Under the pieces are notes generated by a model. That model had not been told where the DNA came from. It saw only the letters and a list, made by a program, of their open reading frames with translations, and did not search any database. Shown here piece by piece: positions 27,201 to 41,762 of a DNA stretch of 64,000 bases (the first letter of the stretch is position 1; each line of letters begins with the position of its first letter). The stretch comes from Auanema rhodensis (lineage: Eukaryota; Animalia; Nematoda): assembly GCA_964057225.1 (NCBI GenBank), contig OZ059894.1:2914001-2978000 (forward strand). Reading direction: 5' to 3'. The position numbers and the translations under genes are program-made.

Positions 27201-29907
27201 AGAATTAATTTTTTCGATGAATAACATTGTCCATCGTCTTTGCCTTGAAAAAAAGAATCTAAAAACATCTACTTTTTGCTAAATTATTTTGAAATTTTTC
27301 GAAAAAATTTTTGTCAAAATGTTTTTGGAAGCAATGTTGAGTGTACATGGAAACTCAACATACACTAATGCATCATTTTTCAAACGATCATAACTAATTT
27401 TTGTATTGAGCGTTTTTCAATGTAGTATAGTGCATTCGATGCGGATTTTTAAGCTGCGTCGAGCTGTGTTATCAGATTTGCGCTAGCTTAAAAATGCACC
27501 GAGATATCAACTGATATAAGTTCACACATATATCCTCGATTTTCACCCTGAAGAATTAATTTTTTCGTTGAATAACATTGTCCATCGTCTTTGCCTTGAA
27601 AAAAGGAATCTAAAAACATCTACTTTTCGCTAAATTATTTTGAAATTTTTCGAAAAAATTTTTGTCAAAATGTTTTTGGAAGCAATGTTGAGTGTACATG
27701 GAAACTCAACATACACTAATGCATCATTTTTCAAACGATCATAACTAATTTTTGTATTAAGCGTTTTTCAATGTAGTATAGTGCATTCGATGCGGATTTT
27801 TAAGCTGCGTCGAGCTGTGTTATCAGATTTGCGCTAGCTTAAAAATGCACCGAGATATCAACTGATATAAGTTCACACATATATCCTCGATTTTCACCCT
27901 GAAGAATTAATTTTTTCGTTGAATAACATTGTCCATCGTCTTTGCCTTGAAAAAAGGAATCTAAAAACATCTACTTTTCGCTAAATTATTTTGAAATTTT
28001 TCGAAAAAATTTTTGTCAAAATGTTTTTGGAAGCAATGTTGAGTGTACATGGAAACTCAACATACACTAATGCATCATTTTTCAAACGATCATAACTAAT
28101 TTTTGTATTAAGCGTTTTTCAATGTAGTATAGTGCATTCGATGCGGATTTTTAAGCTGCGTCGATCTGTGTTATCAGATTTGCGCTAGCTTGAAAATGCA
28201 CCGAGATATCAACTGATATAAGTTCACACTTATATCCTCGATTTTCACCCTGAAGAATTAATTTTTTCGTTGAATAACATTGTCCATCGTCTTTGCCTTG
28301 AAAAAAGGAATCTAAAAACATCTACTTTTCGCTAAATTATTTTGAAATTTTTCGAAAAAATTTTTGTCAAAATGTTTTTGGAAGCAATGTTGAGTGTACA
28401 TGGAAACTCAACATACACTAATGCATCATTTTTCAAACGATCATAACTAATTTTTGTATTAAGCGTTTTTCAATGTAGTATAGTGCATTCGATGCGGATT
28501 TTTAAGCTGCGTCGAGCTGTGTTATCAGATTTGCGCTAGCTTAAAAATGCACCGAGATATCAACTGATATAAGTTCACACTTATATCCTCGATTTTCACC
28601 CTGAAGAATTAGTTTTTTCGTTGAATAACATTGTCCATCGTCTTTGCCTTGAAAAAAGGAATCTAAAAACATCTACTTTTCGCTAAATTATTTTGAAATT
28701 TTTCGAAAAAATTTTTGTCAAAATGTTTTTGGAAGCAATGTTGAGTGTACATGGAAACTCAACATACACTAATGCATCATTTTTCAAACGATCATAACTA
28801 ATTTTTGTATTAAGCGTTTTTCAATGTAGTATAGTGCATTCGATGCGGATTTTTAAGCTGCGTCGAGCTGTGTTATCACATTTGCGCTAGCTTAAAAATG
28901 CACCGAGATATCAACTGATATAAGTTCACACTTATATCCTCGATTTTCACCCTGAAGAATTAGTTTTTTCGTTGAATAACATTGTCCATCGTCTTTGCCT
29001 TGAAAAAAGGAATCTAAAAACATCTACTTTTTGCTAAATTATTTTGAAATTTTTCGAAAAAATTTTTGTCAAAATGTTTTTGGAAGCAATGTTGAGTGTA
29101 CATGGAAACTCAACATACACTAATGCATCATTTTTCAAACGATCATAACTAATTTTTGTATTGAGCGTTTTTCAATGTAGTATAGTGCATTCGATGCGGA
29201 TTTTTAAGCTGCGTCGAGCTGTGTTATCAGATTTGCGCTAGCTTAAAAATGCACCGAGATATCAACTGATATAAGTTCACACATATATCCTCGATTTTCA
29301 CCCTGAAGAATTAAATTTTTCGTTGAATAACATTGTCCATCGTCTTTGCCTTGAAAAAAGGAAACTAAAAACATCTACTTTTCGCTAAATTATTTTGAAA
29401 TTTTTCGAAAAAATTTTTGTCAAAATGTTTTTGGAAGCAATGTTGAGTGTACATGGAAACTCAACATACACTAATGCATCATTTTTCAAACGATCATAAC
29501 TAATTTTTGTATTAAGCGTTTTTCAATGTAGTATAGTGCATTCGATGCGGATTTTCAAGCTGCGTCGATCTGTGTTATCAGATTTGCGCTAGCTTAAAAA
29601 TGCACCGAGATATCAACTGATATAAGTTCACACTTATATCCTCGATTTTCACCCTGAAGAATTAATTTTTTCGATGAATAACATTGTCCATCGTCTTTGC
29701 CTTGAAAAAAGAAATCTAAAAACATCTACTTTTCGCTAAATTATTTTGAAATTTTTCGAAAAAATTTTTGTCAAAATGTTTTTGGAAGCAATGTTGAGTG
29801 TACATGGAAACTCAACATACACTAATGCATCATTTTTCAAACGATCATAACTAATTTTTGTATTAAGCGTTTTTCAATGTAGTATAGTGCATTCGATGCG
29901 GATTTTT
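24292..29907 (+). repeat. Local 8-monomer higher-order duplication (period 2808 bp)
   Basis: The M70-M77 haplotype order repeats in M78-M85. Private SNP ATCACATTT lies at 26071/28879, and the CTTGAAAATG, TTAAATTT and GGAAACT variants also recur at +2808. Confidence 0.9.
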
Positions 29908-32900
29908 AAGCTGCGTCGATCTGTGTTATCAGATTTGCGCTAGCTTGAAAATGCACCGAGATATCAACTGATATAAGTTCACACTTATATCCTCGATTTT
30001 CACCCTGAAGAATTAATTTTTTCGTTGAATAACATTGTCCATCGTCTTTGCCTTGAAAAAAGGAATCTAAAAACATCTACTTTTCGCTAAATTATTTTGA
30101 AATTTTTCGAAAAAATTTTTGTCAAAATGTTTTTGGAAGCAATGTTGAGTGTACATGGAAACTCAACATACACTAATGCATCATTTTTCAAACGATCATA
30201 ACTAATTTTTGTATTAAGCGTTTTTCAATGTAGTATAGTGCATTCGATGCGGATTTTTAAGCTGCGTCGAGCTGTGTTATCAGATTTGCGCTAGCTTAAA
30301 AATGCACCGAGATATCAACTGATATAAGTTCACACTTATATCCTCGATTTTCACCCTGAAGAATTAGTTTTTTCGTTGAATAACATTGTCCATCGTCTTT
30401 GCCTTGAAAAAAGGAATCTAAAAACATCTACTTTTTGCTAAATTATTTTGAAATTTTTCGAAAAAATTTTTGTCAAAATGTTTTTGGAAGCAATGTTGAG
30501 TGTACATGGAAACTCAACATACACTAATGCATCATTTTTCAAACGATCATAACTAATTTTTGTATTGAGCGTTTTTCAATGTAGTATAGTGCATTCGATG
30601 CGGATTTTTAAGCTGCGTCGAGCTGTGTTATCAGATTTGCGCTAGCTTAAAAATGCACCGAGATATCAACTGATATAAGTTCACACATATATCCTCGATT
30701 TTCACCCTGAAGAATTAAATTTTTCGTTGAATAACATTGTCCATCGTCTTTGCCTTGAAAAAAGGAATCTAAAAACATCTACTTTTCGCTAAATTATTTT
30801 GAAATTTTTCGAAAAAATTTTTGTCAAAATGTTTTTGGAAGCAATGTTGAGTGTACATGGAAACTCAACATACACTAATGCATCATTTTTCAAACGATCA
30901 TAACTAATTTTTGTATTAAGCGTTTTTCAATGTAGTATAGTGCATTCGATGCGGATTTTTAAGCTGCGTCGAGCTGTGTTATCAGATTTGCGCTAGCTTA
31001 AAAATGCACCGAGATATCAACTGATATAAGTTCACACTTATATCCTCGATTTTCACCCTGAAGAATTAGTTTTTTCGTTGAATAACATTGTCCATCGTCT
31101 TTGCCTTGAAAAAAGGAATCTAAAAACATCTACTTTTTGCTAAATTATTTTGAAATTTTTCGAAAAAATTTTTGTCAAAATGTTTTTGGAAGCAATGTTG
31201 AGTGTACATGGAAACTCAACATACACTAATGCATCATTTTTCAAACGATCATAACTAATTTTTGTATTGAGCGTTTTTCAATGTAGTATAGTGCATTCGA
31301 TGCGGATTTTTAAGCTGCGTCGAGCTGTGTTATCAGATTTGCGCTAGCTTAAAAATGCACCGAGATATCAACTGATATAAGTTCACACATATATCCTCGA
31401 TTTTCACCCTGAAGAATTAAATTTTTCGTTGAATAACATTGTCCATCGTCTTTGCCTTGAAAAAAGGAAACTAAAAACATCTACTTTTCGCTAAATTATT
31501 TTGAAATTTTTCGAAAAAATTTTTGTCAAAATGTTTTTGGAAGCAATGTTGAGTGTACATGGAAACTCAACATACACTAATGCATCATTTTTCAAACGAT
31601 CATAACTAATTTTTGTATTAAGCGTTTTTCAATGTAGTATAGTGCATTCGATGCGGATTTTCAAGCTGCGTCGATCTGTGTTATCAGATTTGCGCTAGCT
31701 TAAAAATGCACCGAGATATCAACTGATATAAGTTCACACTTATATCCTCGATTTTCACCCTGAAGAATTAATTTTTTCGATGAATAACATTGTCCATCGT
31801 CTTTGCCTTGAAAAAAGAAATCTAAAAACATCTACTTTTCGCTAAATTATTTTGAAATTTTTCGAAAAAATTTTTGTCAAAATGTTTTTGGAAGCAATGT
31901 TGAGTGTACATGGAAACTCAACATACACTAATGCATCATTTTTCAAACGATCATAACTAATTTTTGTATTAAGCGTTTTTCAATGTAGTATAGTGCATTC
32001 GATGCGGATTTTTAAGCTGCGTCGATCTGTGTTATCAGATTTGCGCTAGCTTGAAAATGCACCGAGATATCAACTGATATAAGTTCACACTTATATCCTC
32101 GATTTTCACCCTGAAGAATTAATTTTTTCGTTGAATAACATTGTCCATCGTCTTTGCCTTGAAAAAAGAAATCTAAAAACATCTACTTTTCGCTAAATTA
32201 TTTTGAAATTTTTCGAAAAAATTTTTGTCAAAATGTTTTTGGAAGCAATGTTGAGTGTACATGGAAACTCAACATACACTAATGCATCATTTTTCAAACG
32301 ATCATAACTAATTTTTGTATTAAGCGTTTTTCAATGTAGTATAGTGCATTCGATGCGGATTTTTAAGCTGCGTCGAGCTGTGTTATCAGATTTGCGCTAG
32401 CTTAAAAATGCACCGAGATATCAACTGATATAAGTTCACACTTATATCCTCGATTTTCACCCTGAAGAATTAGTTTTTTCGTTGAATAACATTGTCCATC
32501 GTCTTTGCCTTGAAAAAAGGAATCTAAAAACATCTACTTTTTGCTAAATTATTTTGAAATTTTTCGAAAAAATTTTTGTCAAAATGTTTTTGGAAGCAAT
32601 GTTGAGTGTACATGGAAACTCAACATACACTAATGCATCATTTTTCAAACGATCATAACTAATTTTTGTATTGAGCGTTTTTCAATGTAGTATAGTGCAT
32701 TCGATGCGGATTTTTAAGCTGCGTCGAGCTGTGTTATCAGATTTGCGCTAGCTTAAAAATGCACCGAGATATCAACTGATATAAGTTCACACATATATCC
32801 TCGATTTTCACCCTGAAGAATTAAATTTTTCGTTGAATAACATTGTCCATCGTCTTTGCCTTGAAAAAAGGAAACTAAAAACATCTACTTTTCGCTAAAT

Positions 32901-35444
32901 TATTTTGAAATTTTTCGAAAAAATTTTTGTCAAAATGTTTTTGGAAGCAATGTTGAGTGTACATGGAAACTCAACATACACTAATGCATCATTTTTCAAA
33001 CGATCATAACTAATTTTTGTATTAAGCGTTTTTCAATGTAGTATAGTGCATTCGATGCGGATTTTCAAGCTGCGTCGATCTGTGTTATCAGATTTGCGCT
33101 AGCTTAAAAATGCACCGAGATATCAACTGATATAAGTTCACACTTATATCCTCGATTTTCACCCTGAAGAATTAATTTTTTCGATGAATAACATTGTCCA
33201 TCGTCTTTGCCTTGAAAAAAGAAATCTAAAAACATCTACTTTTCGCTAAATTATTTTGAAATTTTTCGAAAAAATTTTTGTCAAAATGTTTTTGGAAGCA
33301 ATGTTGAGTGTACATGGAAACTCAACATACACTAATGCATCATTTTTCAAACGATCATAACTAATTTTTGTATTAAGCGTTTTTCAATGTAGTATAGTGC
33401 ATTCGATGCGGATTTTTAAGCTGCGTCGATCTGTGTTATCCGATTTGCGCTAGCTGAAAAATGCACCGAGATATCAACTGATATAAGTTCACACTTATAT
33501 CCTCGATTTTCACCCTGAAGAATTAATTTTTTCGTTGAATAACATTGTCCATCGTCTTTGCCTTGAAAAAAAGAATCTAAAAACATCTACTTTTTGTTAA
33601 ATTATTTTGAAATTTTTCGAAAAAATTTTTGTCAAAATGTTTTTGGAAGCAATGTTGAGTGTACATGGAAACTCAACATACACTAATGCATCATTTTTCA
33701 AACGATCATAACTAATTTTTGTATTAAGCGTTTTTCAATGTAGTATAGTGCATTCGATGCGGATTTTTAAGCTGCGTCGATCTGTGTTATCCGATTTGCG
33801 CTAGCTTAAAAATGCACCGAGATATCAACTGATATAAGTTCACACTTATATCCTCGATTTTCACCCTGAAGAATTAATTTTTTCGATGAATAACATTGTC
33901 CATCGTCTTTGCCTTGAAAAAAGGAATCTAAAAACATCTACTTTTCGCTAAATTATTTTGAAATTTTTCGAAAAAATTTTTGTCAAAATGTTTTTGGAAG
34001 CAATGTTGAGTGTACATGGAAACTCAACATACACTAATGCATCATTTTTCAAACAATCATAACTAATTTTTGTATTAAGCGTTTTTCAATGTAGTATAGT
34101 GCATTCGATGCGGATTTTTAAGCTGCGTCGATCTGTGTTATCCGATTTGCGCTAGCTGAAAAATGCACCGAGATATCAACTGATATAAGTTCACACTTAT
34201 ATCCTCGATTTTCACCCTGAAGAATTAATTTTTTCGTTGAATAACATTGTCCATCGTCTTTGCCTTGAAAAAAAGAATCTAAAAACATCTACTTTTTGCT
34301 AAATTATTTTGAAATTTTTCGAAAAAATTTTTGTCAAAATGTTTTTGGAAGCAATATTGAGTGTACATGGAAACTCAACATACACTAATGCATCATTTTT
34401 CAAACGATCATAACTAATTTTTGTATTAAGCGTTTTTCAATGTAGTATAGTGCATTCGATGCGGATTTTTAAGCTGCGTCGAGCTGTGTTATCAGATTTG
34501 CGCTAGCTTAAAAATGCACCGAGATATCAACTGATATAAGTTCACACATATATCCTCGATTTTCACCCTGAAGAATTAAATTTTTCGTTGAATAACATTG
34601 TCCATCGTCTTTGCCTTGAAAAAAGGAAACTAAAAACATCTACTTTTCGCTAAATTATTTTGAAATTTTTCGAAAAAATTTTTGTCAAAATGTTTTTGGA
34701 AGCAATGTTGAGTGTACATGGAAACTCAACATACACTAATGCATCATTTTTCAAACGATCATAACTAATTTTTGTATTAAGCGTTTTTCAATGTAGTATA
34801 GTGCATTCGATGCGGATTTTCAAGCTGCGTCGATCTGTGTTATCAGATTTGCGCTAGCTTAAAAATGCACCGAGATATCAACTGATATAAGTTCACACTT
34901 ATATCCTCGATTTTCACCCTGAAGAATTAATTTTTTCGATGAATAACATTGTCCATCGTCTTTGCCTTGAAAAAAGAAATCTAAAAACATCTACTTTTCG
35001 CTAAATTATTTTGAAATTTTTCGAAAAAATTTTTGTCAAAATGTTTTTGGAAGCAATGTTGAGTGTACATGGAAACTCAACATACACTAATGCATCATTT
35101 TTCAAACGATCATAACTAATTTTTGTATTAAGCGTTTTTCAATGTAGTATAGTGCATTCGATGCGGATTTTTAAGCTGCGTCGATCTGTGTTATCCGATT
35201 TGCGCTAGCTGAAAAATGCACCGAGATATCAACTGATATAAGTTCACACTTATATCCTCGATTTTCACCCTGAAGAATTAATTTTTTCGTTGAATAACAT
35301 TGTCCATCGTCTTTGCCTTGAAAAAAAGAATCTAAAAACATCTACTTTTTGTTAAATTATTTTGAAATTTTTCGAAAAAATTTTTGTCAAAATGTTTTTG
35401 GAAGCAATGTTGAGTGTACATGGAAACTCAACATACACTAATGC

Positions 35445-38400
35445 ATCATTTTTCAAACGATCATAACTAATTTCTGTATTAAGCGTTTTTCAATGTAGTA
35501 TAGTGCATTCGATGCGGATTTTCAAGCTGCGTCGATCTGTGTTATCAGATTTGCGCTAGCTTAAAAATGCACCGAGATATCAACTGATATAAGTTCACAC
35601 TTATATCCTCGATTTTCACCCTGAAGAATTAATTTTTTCGATGAATAACATTGTCCATCGTCTTTGCCTTGAAAAAAGGAATCTAAAAACATCTACTTTT
35701 CGCTAAATTATTTTGAAATTTTTCGAAAAAATTTTTGTCAAAATGTTTTTGGAAGCAATGTTGAGTGTACATGGAAACTCAACATACACTAATGCATCAT
35801 TTTTCAAACAATCATAACTAATTTTTGTATTAAGCGTTTTTCAATGTAGTATAGTGCATTCGATGCGGATTTTTAAGCTGCGTCGATCTGTGTTATCCGA
35901 TTTGCGCTAGCTGAAAAATGCACCGAGATATCAACTGATATAAGTTCACACTTATATCCTCGATTTTCACCCTGAAGAATTAATTTTTTCGTTGAATAAC
36001 ATTGTCCATCGTCTTTGCCTTGAAAAAAAGAATCTAAAAACATCTACTTTTTGCTAAATTATTTTGAAATTTTTCGAAAAAATTTTTGTCAAAATGTTTT
36101 TGGAAGCAATATTGAGTGTACATGGAAACTCAACATACACTAATGCATCATTTTTCAAACGATCATAACTAATTTTTGTATTAAGCGTTTTTCAATGTAG
36201 TATAGTGCATTCGATGCGGATTTTTAAGCTGCGTCGATCTGTGTTATCCGATTTGCGCTAGCTTAAAAATGCACCGAGATATCAACTGATATAAGTTCAC
36301 ACTTATATCCTCGATTTTCACCCTGAAGAATTAATTTTTTCGATGAATAACATTGTCCATCGTCTTTGCCTTGAAAAAAGGAATCTAAAAACATCTACTT
36401 TTCGCTAAATTATTTTGAAATTTTTCGAAAAAATTTTTGTCAAAATGTTTTTGGAAGCAATGTTGAGTGTACATGGAAACTCAACATACACTAATGCATC
36501 ATTTTTCAAACAATCATAACTAATTTTTGTATTAAGCGTTTTTCAATGTAGTATAGTGCATTCGATGCGGATTTTTAAGCTGCGTCGATCTGTGTTATCC
36601 GATTTGCGCTAGCTGAAAAATGCACCGAGATATCAACTGATATAAGTTCACACATATATCCTCGATTTTCACCCTGAAGAATTATTTTTTTCGTTGAATA
36701 ACATTGTCCATCGTCTTTGCCTTGAAAGAAGAAATCTAAAAACATCTACTTTTCGCTAAATTATTTTGAAATCTTTTGAAAAAATTTTTGTCAAAATGTT
36801 TTTGGAAGCAATGTTGAGTGTACATGGAAACTCAACATACACTAATGCATCATTTTTCAAACGATCATAACTAATTTCTGTATTAAGCGTTTTTCAATGT
36901 AGTATAGTGCATTCGATGCGGACTTTCAAGCTGCGTCGATCTGTGTTATCAGATTTGCGCTAGCTTAAAAATGCACCGAGATATCAACTGATATAAGTTC
37001 ACACTTATATCCTCGATTTTCACCCTGAAGAATTAATTTTTTCGATGAATAACATTGTCCATCGTCTTTGCCTTGAAAAAAAGAATCTAAAAACATCTAC
37101 TTTTCGCTAAATTATTTTGAAATTTTTTGAAAAAATTTTTGTCAAAATGTTTTTGGAAGCAATGTTGAGTGTACATGGAAACTCAACATACACTAATGCA
37201 TCATTTTTCAAACGATCATAACTAATTTTTGTATTAAGCGTTTTTCAATGTAGTATAGTGCATTCGATGCGGATTTTCAAGCTGCGTCGATCTGTGTTAT
37301 CAGATTTGCGCTAGCTTAAAAATGCACCGAGATATCAACTGATATAAGTTCACACTTATATCCTCGATTTTCACCCTGAAGAATTAATTTTTTCGATGAA
37401 TAACATTGTCCATCGTCTTTGCCTTGAAAAAAGGAATCTAAAAACATCTACTTTTCGCTAAATTATTCTGAAATTTTTCGAAAAAATTTTTGTCAAAATG
37501 TTTTTGGAAGCAATGTTGAGTGTACATGGAAACTCAACATACACTAATGCATCATTTTTCAAACGATCATAACTAATTTCTGTATTAAGCGTTTTTCAAT
37601 GTAGTATAGTGCATTCGATGCGGATTTTCAAGCTGCGTCGATCTGTGTTATCAGATTTGCGCTAGCTTAAAAATGCACCGAGATATCAACTGATATAAGT
37701 TCACACTTATATCCTCGATTTTCACCCTGAAGAATTAATTTTTTCGATGAATAACATTGTCCATCGTCTTTGCCTTGAAAAAAGGAATCTAAAAACATCT
37801 ACTTTTCGCTAAATTATTTTGAAATTTTTCGAAAAAATTTTTGTCAAAATGTTTTTGGAAGCAATGTTGAGTGTACATGGAAACTCAACATACACTAATG
37901 CATCATTTTTCAAACAATCATAACTAATTTTTGTATTAAGCGTTTTTCAATGTAGTATAGTGCATTCGATGCGGATTTTTAAGCTGCGTCGATCTGTGTT
38001 ATCCGATTTGCGCTAGCTGAAAAATGCACCGAGATATCAACTGATATAAGTTCACACTTATATCCTCGATTTTCACCCTGAAGAATTAATTTTTTCGTTG
38101 AATAACATTGTCCATCGTCTTTGCCTTGAAAAAAAGAATCTAAAAACATCTACTTTTTGCTAAATTATTTTGAAATTTTTCGAAAAAATTTTTGTCAAAA
38201 TGTTTTTGGAAGCAATATTGAGTGTACATGGAAACTCAACATACACTAATGCATCATTTTTCAAACGATCATAACTAATTTTTGTATTAAGCGTTTTTCA
38301 ATGTAGTATAGTGCATTCGATGCGGATTTTTAAGCTGCGTCGATCTGTGTTATCCGATTTGCGCTAGCTTAAAAATGCACCGAGATATCAACTGATATAA

Positions 38401-41400
38401 GTTCACACTTATATCCTCGATTTTCACCCTGAAGAATTAATTTTTTCGATGAATAACATTGTCCATCGTCTTTGCCTTGAAAGAAGAAATCTAAAAACAT
38501 CTACTTTTCGCTAAATTATTTTGAAATCTTTTGAAAAAATTTTTGTCAAAATGTTTTTGGAAGCAATGTTGAGTGTACATGGAAACTCAACATACACTAA
38601 TGCATCATTTTTCAAACGATCATAACTAATTTCTGTATTAAGCGTTTTTCAATGTAGTATAGTGCATTCGATGCGGACTTTCAAGCTGCGTCGATCTGTG
38701 TTATCAGATTTGCGCTAGCTTAAAAATGCACCGAGATATCAACTGATATAAGTTCACACTTATATCCTCGATTTTCACCCTGAAGAATTAATTTTTTCGA
38801 TGAATAACATTGTCCATCGTCTTTGCCTTGAAAAAAAGAATCTAAAAACATCTACTTTTCGCTAAATTATTTTGAAATTTTTTGAAAAAATTTTTGTCAA
38901 AATGTTTTTGGAAGCAATGTTGAGTGTACATGGAAACTCAACATACACTAATGCATCATTTTTCAAACGATCATAACTAATTTTTGTATTAAGCGTTTTT
39001 CAATGTAGTATAGTGCATTCGATGCGGATTTTCAAGCTGCGTCGATCTGTGTTATCAGATTTGCGCTAGCTTAAAAATGCACCGAGATATCAACTGATAT
39101 AAGTTCACACTTATATCCTCGATTTTCACCCTGAAGAATTAATTTTTTCGATGAATAACATTGTCCATCGTCTTTGCCTTGAAAAAAGGAATCTAAAAAC
39201 ATCTACTTTTCGCTAAATTATTTTGAAATTTTTCGAAAAAATTTTTGTCAAAATGTTTTTGGAAGCAATATTGAGTGTACATGGAAACTCAACATACACT
39301 AATGCATCATTTTTCAAACGATCATAACTAATTTTTGTATTAAGCGTTTTTCAATGTAGTATAGTGCATTCGATGCGGATTTTTAAGCTGCGTCGATCTG
39401 TGTTATCCGATTTGCGCTAGCTTAAAAATGCACCGAGATATCAACTGATATAAGTTCACACTTATATCCTCGATTTTCACCCTGAAGAATTAATTTTTTC
39501 GATGAATAACATTGTCCATCGTCTTTGCCTTGAAAAAAGGAATCTAAAAACATCTACTTTTCGCTAAATTATTTTGAAATTTTTCGAAAAAATTTTTGTC
39601 AAAATGTTTTTGGAAGCAATGTTGAGTGTACATGGAAACTCAACATACACTAATGCATCATTTTTCAAACGATCATAACTAATTTCTGTATTAAGCGTTT
39701 TTCAATGTAGTATAGTGCATTCGATGCGGATTTTCAAGCTGCGTCGATCTGTGTTATCAGATTTGCGCTAGCTTAAAAATGCACCGAGATATCAACTGAT
39801 ATAAGTTCACACTTATATCCTCGATTTTCACCCTGAAGAATTAATTTTTTCGATGAATAACATTGTCCATCGTCTTTGCCTTGAAAAAAGGAATCTAAAA
39901 ACATCTACTTTTCGCTAAATTATTTTGAAATTTTTCGAAAAAATTTTTGTCAAAATGTTTTTGGAAGCAATGTTGAGTGTACATGGAAACTCAACATACA
40001 CTAATGCATCATTTTTCAAACAATCATAACTAATTTTTGTATTAAGCGTTTTTCAATGTAGTATAGTGCATTCGATGCGGATTTTTAAGCTGCGTCGATC
40101 TGTGTTATCCGATTTGCGCTAGCTGAAAAATGCACCGAGATATCAACTGATATAAGTTCACACTTATATCCTCGATTTTCACCCTGAAGAATTAATTTTT
40201 TCGTTGAATAACATTGTCCATCGTCTTTGCCTTGAAAAAAAGAATCTAAAAACATCTACTTTTTGCTAAATTATTTTGAAATTTTTCGAAAAAATTTTTG
40301 TCAAAATGTTTTTGGAAGCAATATTGAGTGTACATGGAAACTCAACATACACTAATGCATCATTTTTCAAACGATCATAACTAATTTTTGTATTAAGCGT
40401 TTTTCAATGTAGTATAGTGCATTCGATGCGGATTTTTAAGCTGCGTCGATCTGTGTTATCCGATTTGCGCTAGCTTAAAAATGCACCGAGATATCAACTG
40501 ATATAAGTTCACACTTATATCCTCGATTTTCACCCTGAAGAATTAATTTTTTCGATGAATAACATTGTCCATCGTCTTTGCCTTGAAAAAAGGAATCTAA
40601 AAACATCTACTTTTCGCTAAATTATTTTGAAATTTTTCGAAAAAATTTTTGTCAAAATGTTTTTGGAAGCAATGTTGAGTGTACATGGAAACTCAACATA
40701 CACTAATGCATCATTTTTCAAACAATCATAACTAATTTTTGTATTAAGCGTTTTTCAATGTAGTATAGTGCATTCGATGCGGATTTTTAAGCTGCGTCGA
40801 TCTGTGTTATCCGATTTGCGCTAGCTGAAAAATGCACCGAGATATCAACTGATATAAGTTCACACTTATATCCTCGATTTTCACCCTGAAGAATTATTTT
40901 TTTCGTTGAATAACATTGTCCATCGTCTTTGCCTTGAAAGAAGAAATCTAAAAACATCTACTTTTCGCTAAATTATTTTGAAATCTTTTGAAAAAATTTT
41001 TGTCAAAATGTTTTTGGAAGCAATGTTGAGTGTACATGGAAACTCAACATACACTAATGCATCATTTTTCAAACGATCATAACTAATTTCTGTATTAAGC
41101 GTTTTTCAATGTAGTATAGTGCATTCGATGCGGACTTTCAAGCTGCGTCGATCTGTGTTATCAGATTTGCGTTAGCTTAAAAATGCACCGAGATATCAAC
41201 TGATATAAGTTCACACTTATATCCTCGATTTTCACCCTGAAGAATTAATTTTTTCGATGAATAACATTGTCCATCGTCTTTGCCTTGAAAAAAAGAATCT
41301 AAAAACATCTACTTTTCGCTAAATTATTTTGAAATTTTTTGAAAAAATTTTTGTCAAAATGTTTTTGGAAGCAATGTTGAGTGTACATGGAAACTCAACA

Positions 41401-41762
41401 TACACTAATGCATCATTTTTCAAACGATCATAACTAATTTTTGTATTAAGCGTTTTTCAATGTAGTATAGTGCATTCGATGCGGATTTTCAAGCTGCGTC
41501 GATCTGTGTTATCAGATTTGCGCTAGCTTAAAAATGCACCGAGATATCAACTGATATAAGTTCACACTTATATCCTCGATTTTCACCCTGAAGAATTAAT
41601 TTTTTCGATGAATAACATTGTCCATCGTCTTTGCCTTGAAAAAAGGAATCTAAAAACATCTACTTTTCGCTAAATTATTTTGAAATTTTTCGAAAAAATT
41701 TTTGTCAAAATGTTTTTGGAAGCAATGTTGAGTGTACATGGAAACTCAACATACACTAATGC
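35445..41762 (+). repeat. 6-monomer higher-order repeat, three copies, middle copy rearranged
   Basis: M102-107 resembles M114-119 (+4212). GAAATCTTTTG marker at 36773, 38528 and 40985; GCAATATTG marker at 36111, 38217, 39270 and 40323. Confidence 0.75.

Larger units (their letters stand above)
352..33440 (+). repeat. Satellite variant domain A
   Basis: Rich in G92 (GTCGAGCT), G188 (TTAGTT), G37 (TTGAGC), A104 (TCAAAT) and the T129/A177/A197/A234/T257 haplotype. It lacks C103 and G118. Confidence 0.8.
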
